Assembly: GCA_030390025.1 (NCBI GenBank)
Contig: CM059431.1
Coordinates: 127,164,001-127,228,000 of the forward strand
Source of the DNA: Squalus acanthias
Taxonomy: Eukaryota
Length of the DNA: 64,000 nucleotides
Direction of reading: 5' to 3'
In this document: positions 11,571-24,215 of the stretch, piece by piece
How the letters are laid out: each line of letters starts with the position of its first letter
Position numbering within the stretch: position 1 is the first letter of the stretch
The notes under the pieces: generated by a model
Told to the model about the DNA's origin: nothing
The model's database searches: none
The model's input: only the letters and a program-made list of their open reading frames with translations
Program-made: the position numbers and the translations under genes

Positions 11571-13319
11571 AAATACTTATAATCACAAGGAATTACTTAT
11601 GCTGCAGATTTTGTACTGATTCATGATGGTTTTTGCATTATACTAATGCATTATCGATTATATAACTGCACTTTAAAGCAACCAATGTGAGGGTGAACCA
11701 ATTGCTCCGAAGCAGTGTGAGACCACCTTACACCACTGTGATTTCATGTGCAGTACTCCACTAACATCTGGTCATTTAAGAAAAAAACTGTTTTGTATAA
11801 TTTCAATCATCATTGCGCTTCTAGTTCAAGCACAGTTGGAATAATGGGGCAGAATTTGTGGTTGATATGATGGGGCACTCTCAGAGTACGCTGACATACC
11901 GCCTTTGAAATTGACCACAAGTTCGGGAATTCCGCCTGCGCTTGCTCCAACTGTATTATCCTCATTGCTGGCGCAGAGTTGGGCTAATTGCCCATCAATT
12001 ATGCATGAAAATTTTACAGCTGGTGGAAACAGACGCAGGAGCCTGTTTGTACACCATACTTGTGAATTCTACAAATTTGAGCAATATCCTTATTGGTATT
12101 GCCAGAAAATAAATTACTCTGATATGTTTTAAGTGGGTCCAGAAGTTGTGCGGCTTTCTTCTCACTATGTAAATACAAAACAATTGTCAGGAAAAGATCT
12201 ACAGTTTCAAAGTAATGGTCATCTTCCTGCCAGCTTTACTCAAGCAATTAGTTTTGGCAACAGTAAAACGACAAATGTATTTCTGCTAACTTCTCTACAT
12301 TACATTACCTCTCTATCGTTGTTAAACAGTTTTTAACTTTGGAAAGCTTTTCTGATACGGTCCGACTGGATGTGGCTGTGAATAAACACAGCAGTGTTGA
12401 TACCTGTAACCCCGCTACTTATCAGAGGATAGAAACCCATCAAGGAGATTAAAGCCTCAGTCTTAAATTGATCAAACACTCATCAAAATTTCAGTACACT
12501 CAAGTCGTCTGTAAATGAATTAAAGAATGCAAGTGTTGTAGAATAATTGGCAGTCCAAGCACACTGGGTCGGAGGTTGTTGTTACAACGTGATGGTCATC
12601 AATTAATTCTAGTACTGTCAGAACATTGAACTACAGCAAACAGCTGCTTGTGGGATGTACTGTCACTAAGTTGTACAGTATGCGACCACATAAAATAGTG
12701 TAATTGACAATGATGCAGACTAGAGGTTGAGTTAAGAGAGGTCCCAGTGCCTTTTTAAATTTTTATGTTTGAACCTAATTCCAGAGGTATGTGTTTTTTT
12801 ATATTGATAGTCTCATCAGGTAACGATTGCGGCTACACAGACTTCACCAGATTGAACTGGGACCTCATTAACCAGGGGTGTAAACCACCTTTGCTGTGAA
12901 TTGGCAGACTACTCTTTTCATTCGGGTTGCTGTCGTACAAGATGAGTTTATTACCTGGAATTCAAAGACCAATTCAACTAATAAAGAGGTCAATGGAGTG
13001 AATGAGAGACCTTCTGTTTCCTGATTGGAGCACCAGTCCATGTGATCCCAGGTACGCTTACGCACACGGTGCACCCCCAGGATCCATGGGCCACTACGCT
13101 GCGCTCGACTCTAACAGCAACTTCTCGAAGGAAGGTTCCCAGCACATAAGTGTGCATTCCATTCTGATGCCAGCGGCGTAATCCTTAGTTACGCCGCCGA
13201 CCGCAAAATCCAGGCCTATATCTCATCTTATTATACCAATAGTACGTAATGTTGAATTTGCTAAAGCTTCTCCAATAGTATCAATGGTATAACAGAAGTG
13301 ATCAATAATTCCGAACATA

Positions 13320-14110
13320 TGTACGTACCAAAAAGGACAGGAAATGTCCATCTGCTCCATCAAGCCAGTTCCATACAGGCGAAGTGTAGCCGATGTGCAC
13401 CATCAGCTCGTCTTTCAGCCATGAAATCTCCCAGAAAAAAACAAAAATAAGGAAAAAAAATTAGATCAGTTAGGACAAACTCTGCAACATTTCTCTCCGT
13501 CCCCCGAAGACAATCAAGCAAGTCCGAGAGCCCACAGTAACTCGTGCGTATCACTTATCCCAGCTAACCTGCCACCTACCATCTCTAACTTCAAACATCC
13601 TCATCTCTCAGGGAATTATCCAGCTCACTTATGAAGGTTGACAGGAAGCCCACACTCACTACGTGCTTCAATAAACTGCTCCAGCAGTGGATAATTGTTT
13701 GAAAAGCATCTAACCTACTTCTTTGCTTGCATATTTTGTACTCATGTCCACGTACCATACTCGTACTCCCAGTCCTACCTAGCTCAAACCATCTATCCAC
13801 TAGACAAACTCTATTCTCGTCGGCATTTAAAAAAGATTCATCTTATAAGTTTACCTTTTTCCAGCAGGAAAAAAAACAATTTCTTGAGCCTATCATAGGA
13901 GGTCCATCTAGTTTGCCTTCTACCATCCCTGTAGTCACATGATACAATGATAATGATGTTATTGACTAATCAGAACTATCCTGATGGTTAAGAGCCCAAA
14001 AATTGGTGATCATTTTGGTTCCCCTGCTCTGGAACTTCTTCAGAGACTCAGTAGCCCTCTCTATGTGTGGGGATGAAAATATGGCTGTAATTATGTAATG
14101 TACAACCTAA
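13320..14110 (-). mobile_element. Old CR1-like LINE 3' fragment
   Basis: DRWFEL...RGHEYKICKQRSRLD...IIHCWSSL resembles the CR1 ORF2 C-terminus; boundaries approximate. Confidence 0.55.
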
Positions 14111-14373
14111 ATATAGTATTGTTGGTAAATATAATAATCTAGCAATAGACCCTGATACTCTGGCCTAGAAATTGGATATAGCCACAAAACTGGCAGTTTT
14201 AAGGCCTAACGATGTTAGCTGCACCACCTCAAAATGCTCTAGGTAGCATGCTCACTCCTCATTAACATGATTATAGTCTTGATTTCAGCACTATAGCAAC
14301 TGCTCATTAGCTTAACACTCAACAGGTGGACCAATATTGGGGCCAGTCTAATTCCCAGACATATGTGGCACAG

Positions 14374-14404
14374 GGAAGAAGAAGAAGAAGAAGAAGAAGA
14401 AGAA
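14374..14404 (+). repeat. (GAA)n microsatellite just upstream of the Myb-like ATG
   Basis: About 10 GAA units read directly. Confidence 0.9.
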
Positions 14405-14414
14405 AAAGAGTTAT

Positions 14415-16489
14415 ATGGCAGAGTGTCCTCAAAGGGAGTGAGCCCGGAGAGTGTCTGACGCAGCTCTGGAGGCACTGGTTGTGGCTGTGGAGAGGAGGTG
14501 GGCTGTCCTCTTCCCACAGACTAGAAGGAAGCCGACGCCAATCACCTCCCGAAGGATGTGGCAGCAGACAGCCGCCCATGTAATGGCCAGCACTGTGGTG
14601 CCAAGGTCGGCTATCCAGTGGCAAAGAAGTTTAATGACCTCACACGAGTGGTCAAGGTGAGTGAAGGCTTCAGCAAATGTAATATCCCACCATATGCACC
14701 ACAAGCCTATTATCTCCAGAACTCTCTCCTCCAGCTGCCTGAGGTCCTAGATGTCATTATTCAATGCACCATACCTCCAGCACTCACCTACCAACAATCC
14801 CCACCTATCACCACTTACAGCTCACAATCACAGCTTCACTTCAGCCTCACAACCTTACCACTGCTGCAACATTCACACCCACATCTCACACCTTGCACAC
14901 ACTGACAGCTATTCAACTATGGCATGCTCATCACCCAAACACATTGCATCCCACTCACTCACACACTTCTCTTTCTATTGCAGGCCAAGGTTGCACATAA
15001 CTGCTAGGAGCAGCAGCGGACAGGCAGGGGGCAGGATGACATCTGGGACCTCAGCCTGCTGGAAGAGAGAGTTCTAGAAATAATTGGGTGGCAGATCGTA
15101 GAGGCCGTGGCAACTGGCGAGGTTGAACCCCTTGGGGACAACAACGTTATGGTCATTCCTAATCCTTCTTCTCACATCCCACTTTCCCCTCATCCCATAA
15201 TCTCTTCTCACTTTCAAGCTACTGATGCTGTATGCATGCATATCTTGCTCTCTTCCCCACCCCCCACCCCTCCCCTTTGCTCACCATAATCTGAGTCTTG
15301 TGCCTTTATGCTTTCAGCCAATCAACAACAAGCACCAGAGCAGCCTGTCCCTGAGGTGATGCACGAGAGTGAGGTGGGAGAAGACACCAGCTCAGAAATT
15401 GGCACGGCACGTACTTTAGAGGCTAGTGTAGTAGTGGGATCTGTATAGGTTGAGGCACCGGACACAAGTGGGCTGCAGCAAGGCCAGGGGGAAAGGGCAG
15501 CTCGGGAGCCAGCTCCCTGGAGGTTGAGTTCGCGAGCGAGTTCTGCTCCACAGGACACAGATGAGGGCCTTGAAGGACCGGCCTTCAGAAGAAGGGTGAT
15601 GGGCAGGCACACCGAATTGCTAGGTGCAATGGCAAGCCTGCCAGAGAGCCTCCTGTCAATGTCAAGGAGCATGGAGGAGTCCGCCTCCAACATTGCACGG
15701 GCCTCTGCTCAAAGCTTGGAGCCCAGGTTTTCTAGCCTGGAAATGATGGAAAACTCCCGAAGAGATGGTGTCGAACCAGATGCGATGGTGCGTGTGATGG
15801 GCTATGTTACAGCTGCCATTGCAGCGCAGGTGGCAGTGACCCAATGTCTTAGTGCTGCAGTGGAAGCGCAGACCCCTCTCATGCAGTCTCTGCTTGGTGC
15901 CATCCAAACTCAGACTGCTCTCATGCAGTCTCCGCTTGATGCCACCCATATTCAGACTGCAGTCATGCAATTTCAGTGTGATGCCACCCAAGCTCAGACC
16001 ACAGTCATGCAGTCTCCGCTTGATGCCACCCAAGCTCAGACTGCTGCCATCATGGCTGGCTTTACTTCAGTCGATAGGTGCTTGCGGGATGTTGCAGCAG
16101 CCCAGCAATCTGTGCTCCAATAGATTGCTGAGGAGCCGCCCTGGGGGAGTGGTGATGGATCAGTGGGGCAGGACCCTGCTGTCCTTTCTCAAGATGACAA
16201 CATTCCTGTTCCCACCATTGCCACTCCCCCATTGCGCTTGCAGCTGCCTGTCAGCCAATCAACCCAGACTGCTGCCGCCCATGCCAAGGTGGTGCAGTCT
16301 ACAGCCAGGCCTTCTGGGGCCAAAGCTGCTCAAGGTTGTCTTGCAAGGCTATCTGAAGTTTCCCCCATGGAAACTCAGCAGCCTTTCACCAGCCATGCTG
16401 CAGCCACAGGGGGAGCATTGCGTAGGAGCACTAGAGTAGTAAATGGCACACAAACAACAGGCACTAAGGGATTGCACAAGGGTGATTAG
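14415..16489 (+). pseudogene. Harbinger B Myb/SANT-like gene, 3 exons: 14415-14656, 14984-15146, 15318-16489
   Basis: SDAALEALVVAVERRWAVLFP...KKFNDLTRVVK|gtgagt; exon 2 donor mutated to TT; stops and frameshifts present. Confidence 0.82.
15864..16051 (+). repeat. 42-bp coding tandem repeat, ~4.5 units (14-aa QAQTAxMQSxLDAT)
   Basis: Units start at 15864, 15906, 15948, 15990 and 16032. Confidence 0.9.
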
Positions 16490-16667
16490 TTCATATCGTT
16501 ACTGTAAATATGTGTGAAGTGATTTTGGATCAAATTTATTAATTTTGTTTGGAATCTTTTGTGCTGTCTCTCATTTCAGCTTTGTTCCCAGGAGGACACT
16601 GTGCTATTCCGTGACAGAAGGATGGTATGATGGGGATGTGGTGAGCAACGGGGGTCTGGGGTTTCAT

Positions 16668-17843
16668 TCATTGGAATCGAAGTCTGATGAGGCGTTAACG
16701 GACAGCCCGTTCAGAAGGGGGATTGGTTGCCTGCCTCCTCCCTCCTTCCTCTTCCTCTTGCTCCTTTTCCTCTTCCTCCTCCTCCTCCTTTCCCTCGACT
16801 TCCTCCTGAAGTGGTCCTACAATCCCTGGTGGCAAAGGCTGTGCCCTCATGATGGCCAAGTTGTGGAGCATGCAGCAGACCACCACGAAATGAGACATCC
16901 ATTCTGGCATGTACTGGAGGGCTCTTCCCGAGCGGTGAAGGCAGCGGAACCGTTGCTTCAGTAGCCCGAAAGTCTGCTCGATGATGTTCCTGGTGCAAGC
17001 GTGGCTCTCATTAATAAAGTGCTGGGCAGGAGTGTTGGGGTTCAGGAGGGGAGTCATGAGCCGGGTGGAGCGCGGATAGGCCTTATCTCCGAGCGGCCAC
17101 CCTCGAGTTTGCTGTGGTGGCTGGAAGATTGCTGGCACACCGGATGACGCAGGATGAAGGCATCATGCTGCTGCCAGGATAGCGGGCATTGACCATCAGG
17201 AATCGCTGGATGTGGTTGCACAACAACTGCACATTGAGTGAGTGGTAGCCTTTGTGATTACATAAGATCTCGGGATTATAGGGCGCCTGGAAAGCCACGT
17301 GTGTGCATTCGATGGCACCCTGCGCCATTGGGAAGCCAGCTATTCTGGCAAAGGCACATGCACACTCGTCCTGCTTCTCTCTGCTCAGAGAGAAGACAAA
17401 ATAGTCCCTTCTCCTAGTGTAGAGAGCCTCAGTGACCTCCTGGATGCAGCGATGGACAGCGAACTGAGAGATGTTAGCTGTGTCTCCTGCTGCAGACTGG
17501 AAGGATCCGCTGGCAAAGAAGTTAAGGGCCAAGTTTACCTTGACTGCCAATGGGAGAGCCCTGTTCGCCCTGCTCTCAGGCTGCATGTCTAGTTGTAGGA
17601 AATGGCAGAGTTCTGTTACCACCTCCTTGATGAAGCAGAGCCTCTTAATACACTGCCTCCTCGCTTAAATGGATATAAGAGAAGTGCTCTCGGAAGACCC
17701 TAGGTGGGTAAGGCCTCCCGTTGAGAGCCCTCTTGGCCCTCCTCCTTCTCTGTCTGCGGGCATCATCTTGTCTTCTTCACTGCCTCCACTCCCTCTCCCG
17801 AAGATACTCAAGCAGTGAGGGGGACTGCCAGTAGACTCCCCAT
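16668..17843 (-). pseudogene. HARBI1-like DDE transposase of Harbinger B
   Basis: ALNFFASGSFQ, GAIECTHV (canonical GAIDxTH), KGYHSLNVQ, LGDKAYP, RNIIEQTFGLLKQRFRCL, CCMLHNL; several frameshifts. Confidence 0.93.
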
Positions 17844-18723
17844 GACTGTGAGCAAGTGTTGTGTGCAGAAGCCTTTAAATAAGAATGAAGATGTTCTCCA
17901 CTTGCAACAACACTCCCTGTTACCTTAGAATCTTGCAATAAGTTTATAAAGCTGTTGGAGTTGCAGAAAGTAACACAGAGCCAGTCAAACTGCAGAAACA
18001 TGTCAAGTGCAAGTAATTGCTGATGATCCCTTTAAATACCACTGTTGGAGCCTCCTTCCTGCTTGTGAACATTTGCTCAGCTCGTCATACTTAAGACATG
18101 CCGATAAGTGGAGCGGCGAAGTACAAACTCGCAGATCGGGCATCAAGTGAACGTTGCACACTCACTGACGTCACAATCTGCTTCATTTCAATGATTTTTG
18201 TGATCGCTGCTATCGGCAGCACTACCGGCCATCCAAAAATGGCGGCTGTCGCGGGACCCACCGTCGGCTGGTGGAAGAGCGGCAGCTGCCATTTTTTTCG
18301 CCCGAGTATGGCGGTAACGGGTGGCAATAAACCACCCAATTTCTAGACCTCTATTTTTTTCCAATGGCTTTGCCATGCTGCTTGGGGACCTTCAATGTAT
18401 TTCCCACTATAACCCCCCGGTTCGACTCCTGCTCTGTAACGTTCATTGGATATCCCTGCATTATACACAACTAGGGCTGGAAGTACCCAAATGCAACACA
18501 CTAATTGTTATAATCAGCAGTTCATCACCATTTTAGTGAAGCGACATAACTCATGACGGATAAACTTGCTAGCATAGGAGAAAGGATCATATGTGCCTTT
18601 ATGGTCCGCATGTCTCTGTCAAATTACTAATGGTCTTATGGGAAGGGAAGTATGCCTGTCTTAATTCTGAATTAATAAGTCCGCTGCTCAAATTTTCCTC
18701 TGCGGCATGATTGCCACCTGAAG

Positions 18724-18970
18724 TGTGATGGTGTAGGACTTCCAACCACCTGACTGTCATAAATTGCAAGTAACAACTCAGGAAGTACTACTGGGCGGCC
18801 AGCTGGGGCGCCGTCCAGGGAGTATAAATACTCCGGCATGGGCCCACCTTGGGCAGAGACAATCTGGAAACAGGAAGCTAGTGACTGCTAACTAGACCTC
18901 CATGTTTTGTTACAAGTTGATTAAAGCCTTGCTTTATGTTCAAGTGCGTAGTGAGTCTTTATTACGTCAC
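18724..18970 (+). mobile_element. Probable solo LTR (~245 bp)
   Basis: TGTGATG...ACGTCA ends with internal TATAAATA and ATTAAA; no clean TSD. Confidence 0.5.
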
Positions 18971-19927
18971 TGACTATACCCGTTCTGAACCCACCAAAGT
19001 CTCCAGGATCAGACTAATTTGCATATTTTAGGTGAGCTCTGGGCATTGTCAACAGCTCTGATGGGAAGCTTGTATATCTGAGGGTGAGAAATGCAACAGG
19101 GGTTATTTCCCTGCTGCAGCTTGAAGTCCAGGCATCAAAAAAAAAGGATGCTTTGAGTGAAAGCAGGAGTTAAAATCACTGGACAATGTCACAGGGATTT
19201 GTTGAAGAGCACAGCACCTTATGTTAATCAAAGGCATCAGTGTAAGTGTAGTTCGTCCAATTAAGCCAGAGGAGAGAGGTCCTGTTTCGGACAAGAGCAG
19301 AAAGAACCCTCCAAAAGAAGTGCCCAGGTCCAGTAGAAGCAGGTAGCCAGATTAGTCAGTGACAACTTGGCAACCCCACTCATGGTAAATCAGTTTAATG
19401 ACCTGAGCTCATCAGACAAGGTGTGAGGAGCCAAATATTCCTTCCAATAATGCACTGCACTAAGCATGCTTGCCACTTCCAGTCACCTTTCCCTCAATAT
19501 GTTAAAGTGCTTCAAGATTAAACATTAATGCCCTGGAGGTAGCACAGGACCCTTTACACCCCAGGCTTCATCTGCAAGTTTTCCATCACTGGCAACTTTG
19601 CTGGAAGCTGCACCTAAACAGCAAGAGACAAACCGACAATGCTGATTTTTGTGGATCCCAGAGGAGCATCGAATGCTTCTCGTGGCCCCACAAAAAATCT
19701 TCCCACCAGCTGCTCCACTCCCCAATTAAATGCTCACTTCCGGCTTGGCTCCACAGCGATTTCTCACGCCCCCACCCGCCTCGATCAGCAAGTTGGCAGC
19801 TTGTCGATCCCATCAAATGAGGCCCAACCACGAAAATGGTTCAAGCCTGTCGCTAATGTCATCAGGCGGGCGGTGGCGTCCGTCCTCCCACCGCCACACG
19901 GTGCGCGCTCTATATGAAAATCAGCCC
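18971..19927. mobile_element. Degenerate Harbinger-derived sequence including a Myb exon-1 remnant
   Basis: CAGTTTAATGACCTGAGCTCATCAGACAAG|GT at ~19391-19422 (QFNDL..K|gt) and a TIR-like end GAAAATCAGCCC; may be two elements. Confidence 0.55.
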
Positions 19928-21512
19928 GATAGGTGCAGCATGTTTGATACACACTGCTAGCAATTCAGGACCGAGGTGCTTGCGGGCATCATTAATGTTG
20001 AGAACACGTTTAAGTAAAATCAGCTGATTGTGGTTGATTTTGACCTGCTTAAAACAGAAGTAAACAAAAATGTAGTTGTAGAAAAGTTCATCTTCAAGCA
20101 ACACCCCCAACCCTTCCTCTTTAATTTCTAATGTGCACACAGTCGCAGTCTCCTTTTATCAGGGTTGTAGATTTTTACAATCCACCGAATACCAGTCATT
20201 ATCTTCTATTTGACAATGTGGAATAATTGTAGTACATAATAGAGCACTGACACTTTCAAACTCCGCTCGGCACTTTTTTGTTACGACATGAAATGTTACC
20301 CTGGAAAGCAATTTCGTTTAACAGATCATTGCTTCCTTCCTCAGTTAAAAGCTTTAATTACAAACCGTAAGTGAAATTTCCTTGAAAAAGCTACTTCAAC
20401 AAACATTTAGGTTATATGCATCAGTTTATTATACAAACTGAAAAATATATTCATAATGACTGGAAAAAAATGTCAATAATTGTAGGAAGTTATTTCATAT
20501 TCCCTATGCATTCCTTCCCTCGCAAAACAATTACAAAATGTATTTAATTTAATTGCTGTTCATACTGTCATTGTAGACTTTATAATCCAGAAATTGCTCC
20601 TTGCGATATTAACATATGAATGCTTAACACATTCTGATGATGTTCCTCTATTTAATATAGGTATTGATCTGTTTGTTTTAAATGGGTTAACACTGCCAAT
20701 AAGATAGTGGATAGGGGAATATCACATGAATATGTTCAGCATTCCAACACTAATACAGGAAACTGTCATTTCTAGGCTTACATGTTTTCTCCGTGGAGTA
20801 TATTTTCCTCCAATTGTTAAATGTAACAATCAAAGACTAGTGCATTAAAAGGAGCAGGGTTGCAGTGATACAGTCCAGTCGTGTTGCCAATACTTTCTCA
20901 TGTTCCCAGCTCAAATTCAACTTTCATAATTTTCCAATGTGTTGTACAATGTATATCAGAACTATTGATTTATAATGATTGAACAAATTAATTTTACTTT
21001 TATTATAGGGCATTGTGTTAATATTTTGAGGCTTGAATTCCATGATTGTGTGGATATTTGCACATAATGAAGCTCACTCTGCCAGCACAAGTTTAGTGGA
21101 ACTCCCAACCATCCATACAGAAAGATGCAGAGCCCACCTAAATTGCTGGGACAGGGTCATTAGCAGGATCAGGGCACATGGTCCATACATGCATGGGCAC
21201 ATCAGGGGCACCTGTCCCACTCCATCAGTGTATATCAGGGGGCTCGATTTTAATTCCCGAGGCGGTTTGGAGTCGGGTTGCGTGGTGGGCGGGTTCCGGA
21301 GCCGCTTCCGGTGGGATCAGCTGCTGATGTCCGATTTCGATTTAATCAGCTTGTTGATTTCAATGAGGCGCACTGGCCGGTCCAATGCCTGCGATCGGGT
21401 CGGCTGGCCGCCTCTGATGACATCATCATAGCAGCTGGTTTTAAATCTCCCATTCAGCCTAAGCCTTTCTCTTCTGGATTCCTGGACTCATTGATGTTGA
21501 TTTATACACAAT

Positions 21513-22269
21513 GGGCCGGATATTCCAATCCCTACGGGTGGGTACGCGCTGTGTACCAACCCGTAGGGACATCGGAAATGCCGGTTTCAGGCATGAACTT
21601 AACATGCGCTGGAAACCGGCATTTCCGATCTGTCAAGAAAGCTCTTGACAGATCCTCCGGCTGCCCAGGAGAAGGGCCTCTGTGGGCGGAGAGTTCCGCT
21701 TTTTGGAGACCCTCCGCCTGCAGAAAACCCTTACAATTCTTGCACCTGGTAAAAGCAGGCGTAAGGCCTGCTTTTACTAGGATAAGAGTTGAAAAAAGTT
21801 TTTAAAAAAAATTTCCACTGATTTATCATTTAAAAATACTTTAAAAAAAGGTAAGTTTATTTTTAGCCCCGTAAAAAACATAACTTTAAATTTTTGAAAA
21901 AAATAATTATTGTTTAAAATAGTTAATTTATTGGACTTTCAAGTCATTTTAAAAATGTGATTTTTAAAAAAAATGTATTTAAAGTTTTACTATGTTTTGG
22001 GGGTGATCTCCATTCATATATTTGACAGGTCTTCTTGTCAAATGTATGAAGGGAGATTCCCTTCTTTGATTGGCTCCCCATGGCCCACGTGATCCCAGGG
22101 ACGCTGCGAACTACCTGCGCCTTGGAATACGTGGGCACTGCACACCGGCAGTTTGGAGAGGCCCAGCATCGGAATTGTGCGCATCCCGGGAGCCCTCAGG
22201 TAAGGGCGCAGATTTTTCCAGATTGCAGTCCTCCGCCCGCGGGAGGCCTGCGATCGGAATATCTGGGCC
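21513..22269. mobile_element. Harbinger-like MITE nested in element C
   Basis: TIRs GGGCCGGATATTCCAATC / GATCGGAATATCTGGGCC; TSD AAT. Confidence 0.88.
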
Positions 22270-22272
22270 AAT

Positions 22273-24215
22273 TACTTCTTCCAGCGGCAAAGCAGCTCCT
22301 CGATTTAATGATGACTCCCTCCATGCTCTTGTGGATGCTGTCAGAGGGTGCAGGGAGGTTCTCTTCCCTCCTGATGGCCGGAGGAAGCCTGCTCAGCAGA
22401 CCAAGGCAGCCTGGCTGCGCATTGCTGAGGAAGTCAGCGCAAGGTCCATATGTTCACGCTCATGGATCCAGTGCCGAAAAAGGTTTTCTTGTGCGAACAT
22501 CAAAAGTGAGTATCCCATCACACTTACCTTCAATCTGCTTCCCTTCTCTTCTCATCACCAGCACTCTGCATTGTAATACTGCTCCTCCACATACCACCTT
22601 TCCCTTACTTCCCTTGTACCCTTACCTATCCATCCCTGTCTCTGCACTGAATCACTTCAGCATCCTGCCTATGCACCCTTTAGACTCACTCTCACTGTCA
22701 TGCAGTGACAACAACTAACAACGCACAGGGAGCTAGCCTCCTCTTGGCACCTTACCCCATCTTCGTCTCCTCCAAAGCTTCTATGGTAGGGATTATTCAC
22801 ACTCACTCCATTACTGTGGATGAAACATCGCTTGTGTCCCTCCTTGCAGGAAAAGATAGCCCACAACAAGAGGGAGAGAGCAATGACTGGAGGGGGAACA
22901 CCTACCCTTGCAACATTGACCAGTGCTGAGGAGGCTGCTAACGAGATTGTTGAAGGTGGCGAGGACCTGGAAGTGGGCGACGGAGAGACGGGCACACTAG
23001 AGGAAGCTGGTGACATAATAAAGTTTCATCCCTCTCCGACTGCAATGGCATATGATGTTCATAGAGAATTGGGTTGTATCATCTGCTCAAAAGGATGTGT
23101 CTGCTACATCAATATCAGATGTCTAAATCATGCCTTTACTCTCCCACAGGACCATCGAGCGCCCCCCTCCCCACGATCCAGGACGAAGAGCCGGACAACT
23201 CCTCAGAGGAACCTGAAGCATCTGAGGGAGCAGCGTCACCAGGACTCAGCGCACCCAGCACCAGCGCAGCAATGCACACCTTGGTGGGGCCCTCACGAGT
23301 TAGAGTAGTGTTGCCACCTGATCTATCACAGCACACAAGTGAGCATCAGCAGATGGTGGAGACAGCGACAGCAGTGCAGAGTCCTCGGCGGAGGTCACAG
23401 CAATCTCCTAGCTCTGCTGAGCTGCATGCAGACACTGCCTCTGGGGCCATCCAGAAAAAGAGCGTTTCAGGAAATAGAGGAACAAATGTAGGAGTCTCTG
23501 GAAGGGTTTGCCTCCAGGGTTAGTGCAAGTGTGGATAGAATGGAGGAGTCCATCTCTAACATCAGCACTACTGTCGTGGAGGCAATGGTGCATGAACACA
23601 CCACCATGGATAGGATGGCAACCTCCATGGAGAGCATGGCAACCTCCGTGGAAAGGTTGGCTACCTCAGTGGAAAGGATGGCTACTAACATGGAGGAAAT
23701 AAGTCGCCAGAGTCAGGAAAACATGGTGAGTGTTCAAAATAGAATGTCATCTCTGGAGGAGAGATGGGTAGCAATTGAGCAGAGAGCTCAGAGCTTCATG
23801 GATGTTCTTGTGATGAGGACTGCCAGTGCTGATACAGGTCCTCATGGTCCCCTTGAAGTGCAGCAAGGTGCTCTCCAGCCACTTGACAGCAGTGAGCTGC
23901 GGCTGACCCATGAGAGGGATATTGTTGGCAGGACAGAAGGAAGTGTGGGCTCCTCTCAAAGCACTCACACAACCATGCCACTGCGGAGCCCTCGGTCAGA
24001 GATCCACTTTGCGGAGACAACTGAGATGGCTGTTAGAGCCGCAGGAAGAGCAGACTGTTGAAAAGCCCTCCCCGGCTCCCAAACCCAGAGGACGCCCGCC
24101 AAAGGCGTCTAAGCAGGCGCAGCATCCATGTCAGCAAGGTGTCTCTACATCTGCTAAAGCCACAGGGGAAGCACCACGTAGAAGCACGCGTAAGAGAAAG
24201 ATTAAGCACCTGTAG
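22273..24215 (+). pseudogene. Harbinger C Myb/SANT-like gene, 3 exons: ~22273-22505, 22850-23009, 23150-24215
   Basis: APRFNDDSLHALVDAV...TKAAWLRIAEEVSARSICSRSWIQCRKRF; cag|EKIAHNKRERAMTGGG; basic C-terminus RRSTRKRKIKHL. Confidence 0.85.
23615..23698 (+). repeat. 21-bp coding tandem repeat (heptads MATSMES / MATSVER / LATSVER / MATNMEE)
   Basis: Four adjacent 21-nt units. Confidence 0.88.

Larger units (their letters stand above)
14162..18349. mobile_element. PIF/Harbinger transposon B, structurally full-length (two convergent genes), decayed
   Basis: TIRs GGCCTAGAAATTGG / CCAATTTCTAGACC with 3-bp TSD TCT (14159-14161, 18350-18352); Myb-like gene on + and DDE transposase on -. Confidence 0.93.

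Noticed and set aside
12830..12957. Possible minus-strand terminal exon NKLILYDSNPNEKSSLPIHSKGGLHPWLMRSQFNLVKSV
   Set aside because: Weak acceptor, peptide not recognised, no partner exons
15864..16051. Regular repeats resembling a CRISPR array
   Set aside because: Units are contiguous with no unique spacers, lie in frame in a eukaryotic transposon gene, and there are no cas genes
16668..17843. Host HARBI1 or NAIF1 gene calls
   Set aside because: Genes lie within TIRs and a TSD, are multicopy and frameshifted, so they are transposon copies rather than the domesticated loci
19928..20140. Minus-strand ORF with a good acceptor (VKINHNQLILLKRVLNINDARKHLG) and faint resemblance to RGS-like N-termini
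   Set aside because: No clear donor, runs into a MITE, and the similarity is too weak to support
22070..22576. 168-aa ORF as an intact novel Myb protein
   Set aside because: The N-terminus comes from the nested MITE and the C-terminus reads into intron 1
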